Positions 12,851-25,210 of a stretch of DNA of 64,000 bases are shown one piece after another (position 1 is the stretch's first letter; each line of letters opens with the position of its first letter). Location of the stretch: positions 11,904,001 through 11,968,000 of the forward strand of contig CM068748.1 in the NCBI GenBank assembly GCA_035084275.1. The letters are read 5' to 3'. The notes below the pieces were generated by a model that was not told where the DNA came from, did no database searches, and saw only the letters and a list, made by a program, of their open reading frames with translations. The DNA is from Hydrolagus colliei (taxonomy: Eukaryota). A program made the position numbers and the translations under genes.

Positions 12851-13589
12851 ATACGTCTATACAATATTTACTCATTCCTGACGCAGTAATAAAGTTGTTT
12901 TTCAGTCTGGGAGGCTTGCAAGATTAAGACCACTATCAGAGAGAATAAGGGACTTCCTGGGCACAGCTTTAAGAAAGCCGTACAGTACTGTAATATGGTT
13001 CCACTGCACACTCTGACATCCCCAAGCGATATTCCACAATTCCTGACTTCAGTGACATCAATCGAAGTGGGCTTCACATCAACCGACAACTCATATCTGT
13101 CAGATTCAGCCAGGCTTGAAATTATCTTGAACACTTTGAAAGAATTGTAGCTCGTTACTGCTTTACTGCTGTCTCTGTTTGAATCGTTTTCTTCCCCTCT
13201 GCTATCCACTGGAAACTGTAATCAGTGGCATCATGTTAGCTGCAAGCAATGTGATTCCTGTATGTTTAACTGGCTGAAGTAATCTACTGATTTTTTTAGG
13301 TGTTGTATTTTCTCCCTACTTCCTTTTTAATCTTTATAAACTAGGAGTGTTTTTTTGGCTGTGAAACCGACTCCCTAGGCTCTAACAATGCGTCTTTATT
13401 GAAGGTCTTTAGATGTTTTATATGACATCTCTTTTAATGACTAATTCTTCCTCCATTTTCCTGTTCCTTCCCAGTGGAAGCACATGATACTCACATACCA
13501 ATGATGTTGTATGCTAATGATATAACAAGAATTTGGAACTCAGTTAGGAATCATGATTGAATTTGAGTCTTATATAAAAAAAGGCAAAA

Positions 13590-13685
13590 TGATGAAAGAT
13601 CATCGACCTGAAATGTTAACGCACATTCCTTTCTATAGATTCTGACCTGCTGAGTGTTCCCAGTGACTTATGTTTTTATTTGAGT
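13590..13685 (+). mobile_element. Degenerate third copy of the hammerhead-bearing element
   Basis: GATGAAAGATCATCGACCTGAAATGTTAAC...TGACCTGCTGAGTGTTCCCAG aligns by eye to the other two copies. Confidence 0.55.
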
Positions 13686-13994
13686 TTTATTATGTTGTTC
13701 CTCTACAATCTGTGGTAGCAATTTGGCTGATGTTACAATCTAGTATTGAAGGCACACTGCATTAAGAGTATCCTGTCTGCATGTTCTCGTTAATATCAAT
13801 ATTCAAGATCCCAGGACACTATTTAGAACAGCTGAATTTTCTGTTATTTTGGCCAATATTGCTTTCTCATTCAAATTTACAGGGAAAAAAGATTGGTCAT
13901 TCATTTCATCGCAGTTCATGGGAGACTGTTTAAGGCACAGATTGTGGAGACCTGTAGCTCAGTGTTTAGTACACTCACCTGGTCCATATCTTTG

Positions 13995-14533
13995 TCACCT
14001 CTCGGCTGGACTATTCCAATGCCGTTGTTGCCGATCTCCCCTCCACCACCATTCACAAAATCCAGCTCATATAGAACTCCGCATTCTCACCCGAACCAAA
14101 TTTCGCTCCCCGATTACCCGTCCTCGCCACTTCACTGACTCCCTATCACAGAGCGGATTGACTTCAAGATCCTCACTCTTGTTTTAAATCCCTCCACTCC
14201 TCTGCATCCCTCTACCTCTCTAACCTTCTGTCTCCTCACAGCAGTACCCGCTGCCTCTGCTCTACTGGGTTTGGTGTCCTCCTCATCCCCATCCTCCGCT
14301 CCACCATCGGCGGCCGTGCTTTCAGTCACTATGCCCCAAAACACTGGAACTCTCTCTCAATCACTCCACCTCATCCCCTCCTTTTCTATTTTCAGGTTTC
14401 GCCTGAAGACCTTTCTGTTTGACCATGCCTAAGGTCACCTTCACCCTCCCCCTGGCTTGGCCTCGGGCTCTGCTACAGTGAAGAAATACCGTCTGCTGTG
14501 GAGGGTACTATATAAATCCAAATTGTTTGTTTG
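13995..14533 (+). mobile_element. L2-clade LINE 3' fragment
   Basis: Decayed RT C-terminus (RLDYSNA...QN..RILTRTK..SPIT...ERIDFKILTL), followed by the 3' tail. Confidence 0.8.
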
Positions 14534-15212
14534 CAAGCGAGAGATCTGGGTTTGATTCCAGTCAGGGCAAAACCTTGACCTTACTCCACATGCCTGATCA
14601 TGATCCCTCAAAAAAACAATAATAAATTGGTAATCACAATCAATTTGTGGGACACAGTATATTCTGTGAAGCACTTTAAGACGTCTAGAAGCACTATACC
14701 AAATGTAAGGATTATTATTATTAGATGCATAGTTAACTTCAAAATAACTTGTGTGAAATACTTTGACACATAATAATGTGATAAGGTGCTACATTGTGTT
14801 TCTTTTAATACAGTAGTTATAGATTTTTCACAAAAGGAGACTGATGCCACCTTCTGGCCATTAAGCACTAAGCAAATAACAATAACACTAAAAATAATTT
14901 GAATTGAGAAGATGTGAAATGCAGACCCTTGGGATGGGGGGGACAACAACAAATTACATTTGTTTACACCTTTACTTCAGAAGGACGTCCCAAAGCATTG
15001 GATTCATGCCCCATTCCTCAAATACTGAGTTCCAAATCCCATTGGTGTGGTGCTTGAAAGAGGCCAGGTTCTTGCTCACAGGGAGAGTGTAAATCTGAGA
15101 AGATTTTAAAATCATCTGAATTACTGGGCCAATAAGCCATGCAAAATGACTGATTGACAGGTTATTCAAGGTCATTAATAGAATGATCAGGATTAGAAGA
15201 GAAAGGTCTCAT

Positions 15213-15545
15213 GGAGCTCCTGTGGCTCAGTGATTAGAGCACTTGTCTTGCAAGCTGGGGAAACCAAGCTGGGGAGACCTGTGTTCAAATCCAGGCAGGT
15301 CAGGGCGAAACCTTGGGCAAGTTTCCTTACTCCACACGCCTAATAATAATCCCTCCAAAAAAAACACAATAATAAAATTGGTCATTTCAATCCACGACTG
15401 TGTGTGGGACACTGCTGTGCGCAATTGCCGCGATTCGCCCACAAATATATACAGTCAATTCACTTTACAGTATATTCTGTGAAGCGCTTTGGGACGTTGA
15501 TAAGATGTGGAAAGCGCTATATCAATGCAAGGATTATTATTATTA
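15213..15545 (+). mobile_element. Full-length tRNA-derived SINE (dominant family in the window)
   Basis: A box TGGCTCAGTG, B box GTTCAAATCC, body CCTTGGGCAAGTTTCC...TGTGGGACACTGCTGTGCGCAATTG, LINE-like tail ending in (TTA)n. Confidence 0.9.
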
Positions 15546-16404
15546 CAATCTAAATTCTCTAGCAGGCTCAGTGAGGATCAAACAAACCTGTAATAAAAGT
15601 ATATGTGGAAAGAACTATTGGGTTGGAAGTTTGATTGAATGAGTGCACAGAAGAGACACGTCTTTTAACAGTAGAGTGAACAAATTTTAGATAGCAAATT
15701 AAATTCAGCACACTGACTAATCTACTGAATGATTTTTAAATTAAAAACAATTGGAAGAAAATCTATATCTCAGGTAACTACAAGAAAAGGTTTTTAGAAA
15801 GACTTTATCCAGAGCAATGTTCTATATTTATGTTTGCCTCATTTTAATTGCTGATATTTTCATGTCGTCGTGGGGAAATGATAGATATTCCTAAAGTACA
15901 AAAAAAACTTGGAAATGCTGCTGTCAATTGCCTGTTCAATTAAGTTTAATATTCATATGCAAATTGTGTACAATATTTCATGATAAACCTGTTTTAGTAT
16001 TGCGTTTCCATCAATGATAGATTATTTTATTTCAATTCTCTAAGTACAGTACAAACTGGTTCCACTTCAACTTTTTATTTTTTATTGTCTCTATTAGTGG
16101 ATGAAGGGGAGAGTGGAACATCCAACAGTGATGCACAGCTGGTTCCAAGAAAGTCAGACATGAAAGACCCATCTATTACAGGACAGGTTTATAGAAAGTC
16201 CAGCTCAAGCAAAGGTCACGCACGAAGAGCAGGCTGTGGTTAAGAAAGAAATGGCATTTTGTGCTGTTTTGCCATATGGAGTGGAAGGAAATAATGTAGC
16301 TTGCATTACAATGTACACTGTACATTGAGTAGTTGAGATGTCCCAAAATGCATCAGAAAATTGTAACCAATTGTGTGCATGCTAAAATGCAAATGTATTG
16401 TTTA

Positions 16405-17310
16405 AAATAATGATAGTCCTTGCATTTGATATAATGCCTTATCATGTCTTCGAGGCATCTCAAAGAGCTTCACAGAATATACTTGCTTACAAGCAAGAGA
16501 CCTGGGTTTGATTCCCAGCAGGGTGAAACCTTGGGCAAGTTTCCTTACTCCATATGCCTGATAAGAAAAACAGAAAAAGAAAAAAATGAAAAAAAGCAAT
16601 AATAAATTAGTCATTTCAATCCATGACTGTTTATGGGACACTGCTGCGTGCAGTTGAGTGCCGCAGTTTGCCCACAAATATACAGTCAATTAACTTCATA
16701 GTATATTTTGTGAATCGCTGTGAGATGTCTATAAGACGTGAAAAGCGCTGTGCCAAATGCTAGGATTATTATATTTTGTGCGCGAAACACATCACGGCGC
16801 ACAGCAGCCCCCCCCCCTCCCACAAACAGCCGTGGATTTGGTGACCAATTTATGGAAATGGATACTTCAAACAGTGAATGAAAATAGATTTCATTTTCAT
16901 CAAAAGCAAGGTAAACTCCAGCTGCCAGCTTTACTAACAACATGAATGCTGTACTGCATTGCATTATTAATATTATTATTGCATTGTGTGACTGTTTCAG
17001 CGCCTTGGGACGTCCTCCTGACGTGAAAGGTGCTACACAAGTACACAGGCGTAATTTTGTTGTCATCGTTGTTTGTGGGGACGCTGTTGTGCGCATTTGG
17101 CTCCTCCCCCCACCCCTGTCTCTCGCCCCTCTCTCACCCACAAATATACAGTGTATTCTATGAAGAGCTTTGAGACGTCTAGAAGATGTGAAAAAGCGCC
17201 ATATCAAACGCAAGGATCATCATTATTATTTACGTATCTTGATACATTCCATGCAATAGGTATTATATCTTAGCACCATATCAAATGCAAGGATTATTAT
17301 TATTATTATT
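16405..17310. mobile_element. Cluster of SINE and L2-tail fragments just upstream of DNAJB12
   Basis: Minus-strand tail at 16405-16480; plus copy at 16485-16775; L2 tail at ~16990-17070; SINE 3' half at 17075-17230; repeated tail to 17310. Confidence 0.8.
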
Positions 17311-17487
17311 GAGAGCAGATGCCTGCCATGCCATCAGCCTGTCTGTGTATGTGTGTGTCTGTGTGTGTGTCTATCTGTCTGTCTTGGTGACGTGTGACGG
17401 GAACAGCCGAGTCCGTTCGGCTGTTTCCGACGTGGGCCGTGACGTCGAGCGAGTGCGACGGCGGCGGCGGCTCAGTCCAATCCCGAG

Positions 17488-17620
17488 ATGGAAGGGAATA
17501 GGGACGAGGCCGATCGCTGCACGGAGATCGGGTTGAACGCTTTGAAACACGGCAAGAGGGAGGAAGCGCTCAAGTTCTTGCGGAAAGCTCAGAAGCTGTT
17601 CCCGACCAAAAAAGTTAAAG
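17488..17620 (+). CDS. DNAJB12: DNAJB12 exon 1
   Basis: [44 protein letters not shown]; CpG-rich context; donor AAG|gtgaga; 133 nt. Called B12 rather than B14 from synteny. Confidence 0.93.
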
Positions 17621-17737
17621 GTGAGAAGCCGCGCGGGCAGGCGCTGGCCCGGGGCTGGGAAGTGACTAGGCCAGGCCTTGGTTTCAACAGCCCCGGGTGT
17701 GGGGTGGGGGGGGGGAGGGGGTGGAGTGAGCCGGGGA

Positions 17738-17937
17738 NNNNNNNNNNNNNNNNNNNNNNNNNNNNNNNNNNNNNNNNNNNNNNNNNNNNNNNNNNNNNNN
17801 NNNNNNNNNNNNNNNNNNNNNNNNNNNNNNNNNNNNNNNNNNNNNNNNNNNNNNNNNNNNNNNNNNNNNNNNNNNNNNNNNNNNNNNNNNNNNNNNNNNN
17901 NNNNNNNNNNNNNNNNNNNNNNNNNNNNNNNNNNNNN
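17738..17937. other. Assembly gap (200 N)
   Basis: Run of N in GC-rich DNAJB12 intron 1. Confidence 1.
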
Positions 17938-18074
17938 TGGGGGGCTTGAGCCTGGGGGTGGGTCGGGAGTTGTAGTTGAACAGAAACGGCTGTGAGTGTT
18001 GCTGGGGGCTGAACACGCTACACCTCCCAGCTTGCAATGCGTAGTTTACTTTCCCCCTTCCTTCTCCACACGCT

Positions 18075-18415
18075 ACCCCCCTCTCTGTCTCTCCCCTCCC
18101 CCTCCCCCCCCCTCTCTCTCTGTCTCTCCCCCTCCCCCCCCCGCCCCCCCCTCTCTGTTCCTCCCCCCCCCCCCCCCCCCTCTCTGTCTCCCCCCCCCCC
18201 CCCTCTGTCTCTCCCCCCAATCTCCCCCCCTCTGTCTCTGCCCCCCCTCCCTCTGCTCCCTCTGTCTCTCCCCCCCCCTCTGTCTCCCCCCCCCTGATCT
18301 CTCCCCCCCCCCCTGTCTCTCCCCCCCCTCTGTCTCTCCCCCCCCTCTGTCTCTCCCCCCACCTCTGTCTCTCCCCCCCATCTCTGTCTCCCCACCTTCC
18401 CCCCCCCCTCCCCGC
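18075..18415. repeat. (C)nTCTGTCT low-complexity tandem array in DNAJB12 intron 1
   Basis: Visible directly; explains the Pro/Gly-rich spurious ORFs. Confidence 0.9.
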
Positions 18416-18778
18416 CAACCTCCCTTCGGGCCCAAATTGTGGACACTTTAAAATAAACGGATCTTTTAAACCAGTTATATATAAACAGTGGCCTGACCAG
18501 ATTTCCAAACGTCACTTGGCTTGGTGGATTCTCATGTATATTTAGATTTACATAATAATATAATACAATATAATGCTGTATTTCAATGGATTTATTATCC
18601 GGATGAACTCTGGATGATACAACACATCGTCCCCACACGATGAGAAAGAAGCCTGTAATGACAGTGTCTGTGTGTGTGTCACTGTTGTGAATACAACAAG
18701 ACATTCCTCTTTGGTTGATGTGACAGGGAGTTTTTTAACAGATAATTTGCTGCGTTGGCAGTGGGGGGGGAGAGATGA

Positions 18779-19070
18779 AAACAACAACAACAACAAAATT
18801 GCATTTATACAGCACCTTTCACGTCTGGAGGACGTCCAAGGCGTGGAACAGTCAGGGGTCGGGACCCGGGCAATGGGCGAGGGGCAGGGTACGGGTGAAG
18901 GGAGGGAGAGAAGTTGAGACGGCGGCAGAAGGCACGATCGAAAAGGAGGGTCTTGAGACCGGCCTTGAAGGAGGCAAGGGAGGAAACGAGGCAAAGAGAA
19001 GCGACTGTGAGATGGAATTCCAGTGTGTGGAGGCAGAGAGGCTGAAAGCCCGGCCGCCAATGGCAAGGCT
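18779..19070 (-). mobile_element. L2-clade LINE 3' end
   Basis: (CAA)n tail plus antisense SSLASFKAGLKTLLFDRAF. Confidence 0.8.
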
Positions 19071-20995
19071 TTGGAATACCAGCCATCAAAGCGCTGCTTT
19101 GCTGACTATTCAAAGATATTCATTCCCAACTCTCGAATTTGATGACAGCCCAGGTGATTTATAATTGCATCGCGTGCTGAGAATGGGTCTGTGCTTTGAA
19201 TGTTTACCTGGGTTATAGCACAAATGGCAGAAAGCAAAGAAAATGGCAGCTCTGTCTTGTTGGTGATTTGGAATGTTCAAGGTTACGTCATATTAACTAA
19301 CTGCTTACCTGTGGAGGAAAATTCCTAGAAAACAGAAATAACAAAGGGAGGTGTGTGTGTATATATATATATAGATATATGTATATATACACATAAATAC
19401 ATGCAGTTAACTTATAAACATTTGGAATGTGATCTGGAAGATTTTTCCCCTCTTAAAGACATGTTTACTGTACACCATCCAGCTCTTCTCCTTCCTTCCC
19501 CACATACATACACCATGCGTGATCTGTAATAAGATGGGTGGTCATGTGAAGCAAGCCGGGAGTCAACAAATTAGAGCAAAGCAATTAACTTATAGATATA
19601 AATATGCTTAAAGGATGAATTAAATTTTTGTTACAGACTCAATCCTCACTGCATAACTTCTGTAAACATTAGGTTAAAAAAATGTATTCAATTCAGTGTG
19701 GTTGGCTACATTCATCCTGACAATAAAAAAAACTGCCATAACTGACAGACCCACAGAAACCCTCATTCAGTTTGAATCTGGTTGTGGGTAAACACATTGT
19801 TTCAATTGCCTATACAGTCAAGTTCTCAACATTATTACAGCAATAATATTATTACCTTTTTCAAGCAGCCATATTCTGTAAGAACTGTAAAAAGCAAATT
19901 GGGATCATTTAACAGTGAAACAAGTTGTTTCTGAATATTATTCCGGTCAGTTAAGCTGATCTGAATCAAAGGCTGAGCTGTGAAAGAATACCCTGCGAAT
20001 GACGCACAAAGAAACTAGAAGACTGTAAATTAATTTTTCAACTTTCTTATTTCACCTATTGATAAAGAGGCAGGTGGATTCTGAATGTAACATCACATCA
20101 GTAAAATATATACCGTGATCGGTCTAACCAGCACAGTTTTCTGAAAACCAGTGTGGATTGCATTTAAGGAAGGCACTGTGACCAAATCTGCAGCTGGTAC
20201 CTACACAGAGTTTACATTCTAATTATTTTGTATTAGAGATATTAAAGAGTATCATAAAAAGTCGGGCAATTGAGATTAAAAGATCTGCTGAGGTCTAATA
20301 AACTGGTAGAAAACAGGTTCAGTGGACTGAATAGCCCATTCCTGCATCTGTTTTCCCAATTATAACCATGACGTAAGAGTCCAAAATAATCCCATCTATC
20401 TTTTAAATGTTGGGTGCAGGATCATTCCTATGGTGATATTGTTTTAAGTAATGAACACTTTGCTCAATTTAACCTTTATAAATCAGAGTCACCAGAGAAA
20501 ACACACGCAAATACAATGGAAGCCACTTAAACTGGACATATCGTGGGCGGTTGTTTTGTCCTGCTAAAGCGGCTTCCACTGTATGTCATTTATATCAGTG
20601 CCTCATATTGGTAAATTGAGTGGGTTTAGCTCTCTAATGCCTTAGAGATTCTGGCAGTCAGCACCAACAATTTCCAAAAATAGGCAAGTGGAAGTGTCAC
20701 CCTGCAGGCAAGAAATTGTACTTTTTCGAACTGGTAAACCAAAACTGCTGCTGAGTTTTTAGTAGATGGATCTGGAGAAAGGTAAGGGTTATTTTCGGGT
20801 TTCAGGAAATCTGTACTTATTTTCATATATTTTAACCAGTCACATTGGTGGGGAGAAAAACAAATTACACTGTAACACTATTAGCAGCAGACTGGAATTT
20901 TAAAAATATTGTCATTTTCACGTCTACACCCAATCTGGGCAATTTTTGTGAGAAATGCTCTCTAGTTTAGCATTGATGTTTTACTCTTTTCACAG

Positions 20996-21176
20996 AATTG
21001 ATAGAAACTCTGACACAGAATGGCCACCCATCGAGTAACTTCAGCCAATCACATGCCACAGATTCATCGGCATGTCACCAAAGAAGAGGAAATCCAGGAA
21101 GCAACTCTGGAGGGTCAGAGGCAGGAGGAGAGGCTGCAAAAACCTACACACAGGATCAGATTGAGGCTGTGAAGAG
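20996..21176 (+). CDS. DNAJB12: DNAJB12 exon 2
   Basis: ttttcacag acceptor; ELIETLTQNGH...KTYTQDQIEAVKR; donor AG|gtatga; phases fit exons 1 and 3. Confidence 0.92.
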
Positions 21177-21884
21177 GTATGAAAAACGAGGGGATGGGGC
21201 CTAACCTCGAGAAGGTAACTAGAGTCATATGTCCTTGCTTTGAGAGGAAGGAGATCTGAGAGAAAACAGAGGGTGTCTCAGAGAATGACAATGGGATCTA
21301 ATTAGTGGCTTTTTCTAACTAGATTTCTTAATGAAAGGAATCAAGTCAGCTCATGAGAACTCTAAAATTTGATGGTAATCTAGTTTGACAAGTTCCTATG
21401 AGTCTGTGTGATGTACTTCAGAAAGCTACCAACAGCCCTACCTGCACAGCAACAACAACAACTTAAACTTATAAAGCAAGAAGATCAAAGAGACATAGTA
21501 CACTGATAATCATTAATAAGGAAAGTGAATGACTATCGGTGTACTATGTCTCTTTGATCTTCTTGCTGTTCAGGTAGGGCTGTTGTTAGCTTTAGGAAGG
21601 CTTGACATTATGCAGAATAGTGCCATGTTAGGGTTAATTTGTCTGCTAATAGAAACTGTTGAGATTACAACAACAAAATTACACTTCTATAGCGCCTTTC
21701 ACGTCAGGAGGACGTCCCAAGGCGCTGGACAGTCACTGCTTCAGACCTGAGCTAAGGACAGGTTGGGGGGGGGGGGAACGATTGCAATTATTGCAGACTG
21801 TTATGTAACACAATTCAGCACTAACTGATGGTGAACATCTGTTGATTGATAACTGAAATGTTGCTATGTTTCCTATCTGTTCAG

Positions 21885-22030
21885 AATAAAGAAGTGTAAA
21901 GACTACTATGAAATCCTAGGGCTGAGTAAGGATACCTCGGAGGATGACTTGAAGAAAGCTTATAGGAAATTGGCTCTAAAGTTTCATCCTGACAAGAACC
22001 AAGCCCCAGGTGCCACGGAGGCATTCAAAG
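21885..22030 (+). CDS. DNAJB12: DNAJB12 exon 3 (J domain with HPD motif)
   Basis: [48 protein letters not shown]; cag and gtaggc boundaries. Confidence 0.96.
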
Positions 22031-23937
22031 GTAGGCATTGGAGCATGTGAATTTCCGACTGACAGTGGTGCTCAAGCAATTCTGTTGTATGTTACTAGAC
22101 AATAGCTTACTGGATGATGGCTTCCTCTCTACCTCTGTGACCTGTTAACTCCATTTAAATCTATATGCTCCCTCCACTCAGCAGGCTCTGATCTGCTCCA
22201 TGAACCCTGCCCCACCATCGGTAATTGGCCTTTAGCCTCTATGCACCACCCTTTGGAATTCCATTTCATGCTCCCTCCCATGCCTACTTAAGGCCTATCT
22301 CCAGACCCTCCACTTTGACCACGCTTTCAGTCACCACCCTCCGTGCCCTCCAAACCCTCCTGATCACAACTTCAGCTGAGGACCCAACCACCTTGGGATG
22401 TTCTCCCAATTTGCTGAAAGTAAATTATTGTTGTTTTGAGTGTAAAGAATTTGAATCTTCTGTCCTGGGCAATCTTACAGACTTTTGCAAAGCAAACTAG
22501 AGTATTGAATATGGAAAGAATTCATGTTAAAGAATTAATCATCGTTACAGTGTTGTGGAATTAAAGATCGTGAGTTTTTCACTTGCTTTTATAAAGCCAC
22601 ACAATGTTGTTTCCTTTTGTATTGAGGATTCCCCCTCCCTCGCTCGATGTCAAGTGCTCTGGGACTGAGCAAATTTCTATTTTTTTTTGTATATGGTGAG
22701 GAGAAATGGCAGAAAGGGCTTGAGGAAAGTACACCTGCACTGAGTCACAGGTGTAGTTTTGAAGACAGTGCAGAAATGCTGCTTCATTTGTCAGTGTGCT
22801 GATGATTTACAAAGCTACTTGATTTATAAAGAGCAAGTTGAACTGGGAAGATATCTTTCTGATTGTGAATTCAGGAGTGTTTCTCCACATTGTCTAAAAG
22901 TAATTCTGCAACGTTCCATTTTGTTATATAAGTTATTTTCAAATTAACCCTAAATGGGAATACCTCATTTAAAATCGCTAATTACATGACATGTCTTAAG
23001 ATTTGCTTTCATTTTCATTGAAGTCCCATTTCACAGATGGAAACGATGACCTACTTGCAATACTCTTCCTGATCTAATCATTGGAAGCTGTTTGAAGAAG
23101 GCCAAAAATTGAGTTGACCCCATGTTCTTCCCTTCTCACTGGGGAAATGCTGGTCTTGATTCGACATCCCCAGAACTGCCTGTTCTACGTATCGCAGACA
23201 CAGACCATTGTTGTACCATTTTATGGCATAATGTTTTGAAGGAACAATTTAGCCTCTGATACTCTTATATTGGTGTTCCCTGACCAAGACAATTTTTCTC
23301 CACTTCCACACCTATCTCGCACCAAATCCCAGCAAAACCCTCATTTATTCCTTTGTGAAACCTCCACCTAGACTTTTCAAATGCACTCTTTGCCAATGCA
23401 AGAGTACCTTGCCATAAAAACCTCCTCTTTGACTGTGCCTATAGTTACCTCCCTGTTTCATTGCCTTCTCTTTATTCCTTGCTCAGGGATCTGACCCTGA
23501 TTTTGTGAAAGTGCTGTGAGAATGTTGTTCTGCTATGTGAAAGGTGCTGTATGACTGCCAAGTTGTTGATGACTGACTGGAAGGTCTAAGATTCCAACTG
23601 CCAAGCAAGTGGGAGCTCTCATGTTATCTTTTCACTGCGTGGTGAACCAATGAATAACAAAATATTTACTTTGATGTACAACCTCAACTGCCACATTACA
23701 ACATCATCACAGTTAAAATACATGTGTCAAAGGACGATTCCTTTCTTATTTAATTCTCTATTTAAAATTTCAAACCAAAGTCAGACAAATTGATGAAATT
23801 AGTGTGACACACACTCTTGAATAGTTAAAATGGACACTTAATAAATACATGATTGGTAGACCATCATGGATTGAGTTTGGATTGGCTAAATGCTAACAAC
23901 AGGCTTGAATATCTTGCCCCTCAATGTCTTCTTTCAG

Positions 23938-24123
23938 CTATCGGCAATGCTTATGCAGTACTCAGCAATCCAGAGAAACGGAAACAGTATGACCTATATG
24001 GCGATGAGAAACAGGTAACATCTAGGCACAGCCATGGTGCCTCTGACTATCACAGAGGCTTTGAGGCAGACATCTCTCCAGAGGACCTCTTCAATATGTT
24101 CTTTGGAGGTGGGTTCCCATCTG
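23938..24123 (+). CDS. DNAJB12: DNAJB12 exon 4
   Basis: [22 protein letters not shown]...[21 protein letters not shown]; ctttcag and gtaagt boundaries. Confidence 0.96.
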
Positions 24124-25133
24124 GTAAGTTTTTATTTTTTTTAGGAAAGAACTAACTGCAGTAATCATTTCTAGTTTGTAACCTGTTACAGGGTACCATG
24201 TAATTTGCATAGAGGTGTCTTCAACCTAATGTTGGTTGCAGACTTATATCATTAAAGGTTTACAAATTGTATTTTAAATCACCTTTATAAAACGATCATT
24301 CACCCATTTCAGAGGTAGTTTGCTCTGTCAAATCAATTGTTCAGAAATTTGATTTATCAGGAATTCATCTTATTTAAATCATTTTGAAGCAAGTAGCACT
24401 GTGCTACTTCTTTGATTGTGATGTGTGAATAAACACTCATTGCAAAGCAGAAACATCTAGGATTTGCAGCTATAAATTATAATTGTGTACAGTGTGCATC
24501 TCAGCAAAACGTACTTGAATATGACTTTGTGAAGCACTTGTCTTCTTTGAAGAAGCTGAATTTATGATGCAGAATACTAAGTTTAGGAGTGATTTGTTCT
24601 TGTGTTAAAAGAGTAATTCTAGGTCCTCCCTTGCCTGAACCATGGGTAACACCAAAATACTGTGCCCACTTTGGGACTTGGATTCCAACCCAGATACATA
24701 ACAGTCTCAGCACTCTCTCTCTTTCTCTCACTTTCTATGGGAAGCAAATTGAATATGTTTGTAACATTTTAATATAAATGTAAACATTTTTGTTGTTTGG
24801 ATTATCTCAATTTCGTTACTAATGAATGTATGCCCACAATGAAGAGCTGACCAAAATGCAGAATTAATTGACACTGAATTGGCAGTTTTCACAGTGAAGC
24901 CATAAGAATAATCAATGGGATTGTTACACTGGAACTTGTGTTGGTACATCTACGCCCTGCATAACAGGAGGTTATTGCTTGATTTTTAAACTGACATCAG
25001 ATTGAAAACTGAAAGAAACGCTCCCAAGTCACATTATGTGTTTATTGAGATTAAGTCTTCATTATACAGTATTAAGACATTTTTACATGACAATATAAGT
25101 CCAGTATTATGAATCCTTTTCCACTGTCTGCAG

Positions 25134-25210
25134 GCAACGTTCACGTATATAATAATGGGCGAATGCGCTATACGTACCAGAGACCCGAGCGTCAGGAGCG
25201 TCGCGCTGAA
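25134..25210 (+). CDS. DNAJB12: DNAJB12 exon 5
   Basis: GNVHVYNNGRMRYTYQRPERQERRAE; ctgcag and gtgagt boundaries. Confidence 0.92.

Larger units (their letters stand above)
6807..13150 (+). pseudogene. Candidate unrecognised multi-exon gene or unitary pseudogene (exon-like units 6807-6875, 7986-8164, 12906-13150)
   Basis: Open frames bounded by plausible splice signals; no family recognised; intervening exon-like stretches contain stops. Confidence 0.4.

Noticed and set aside
15213-15300. tRNA-like sequence (Ala-type TGC loop)
   Set aside because: It is the head of a SINE, with an insertion and no intact cloverleaf; not a tRNA gene.
16686-17536. Several 60-175 aa ORFs upstream of DNAJB12
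   Set aside because: They are made of SINE/L2 tail sequence, and the same pseudo-peptides recur at other SINE copies.
17684-18704. Long Gly/Pro/Arg-rich ORFs (up to 274 aa)
   Set aside because: They are translations of the (C)nTCTGTCT array and the N gap inside DNAJB12 intron 1.
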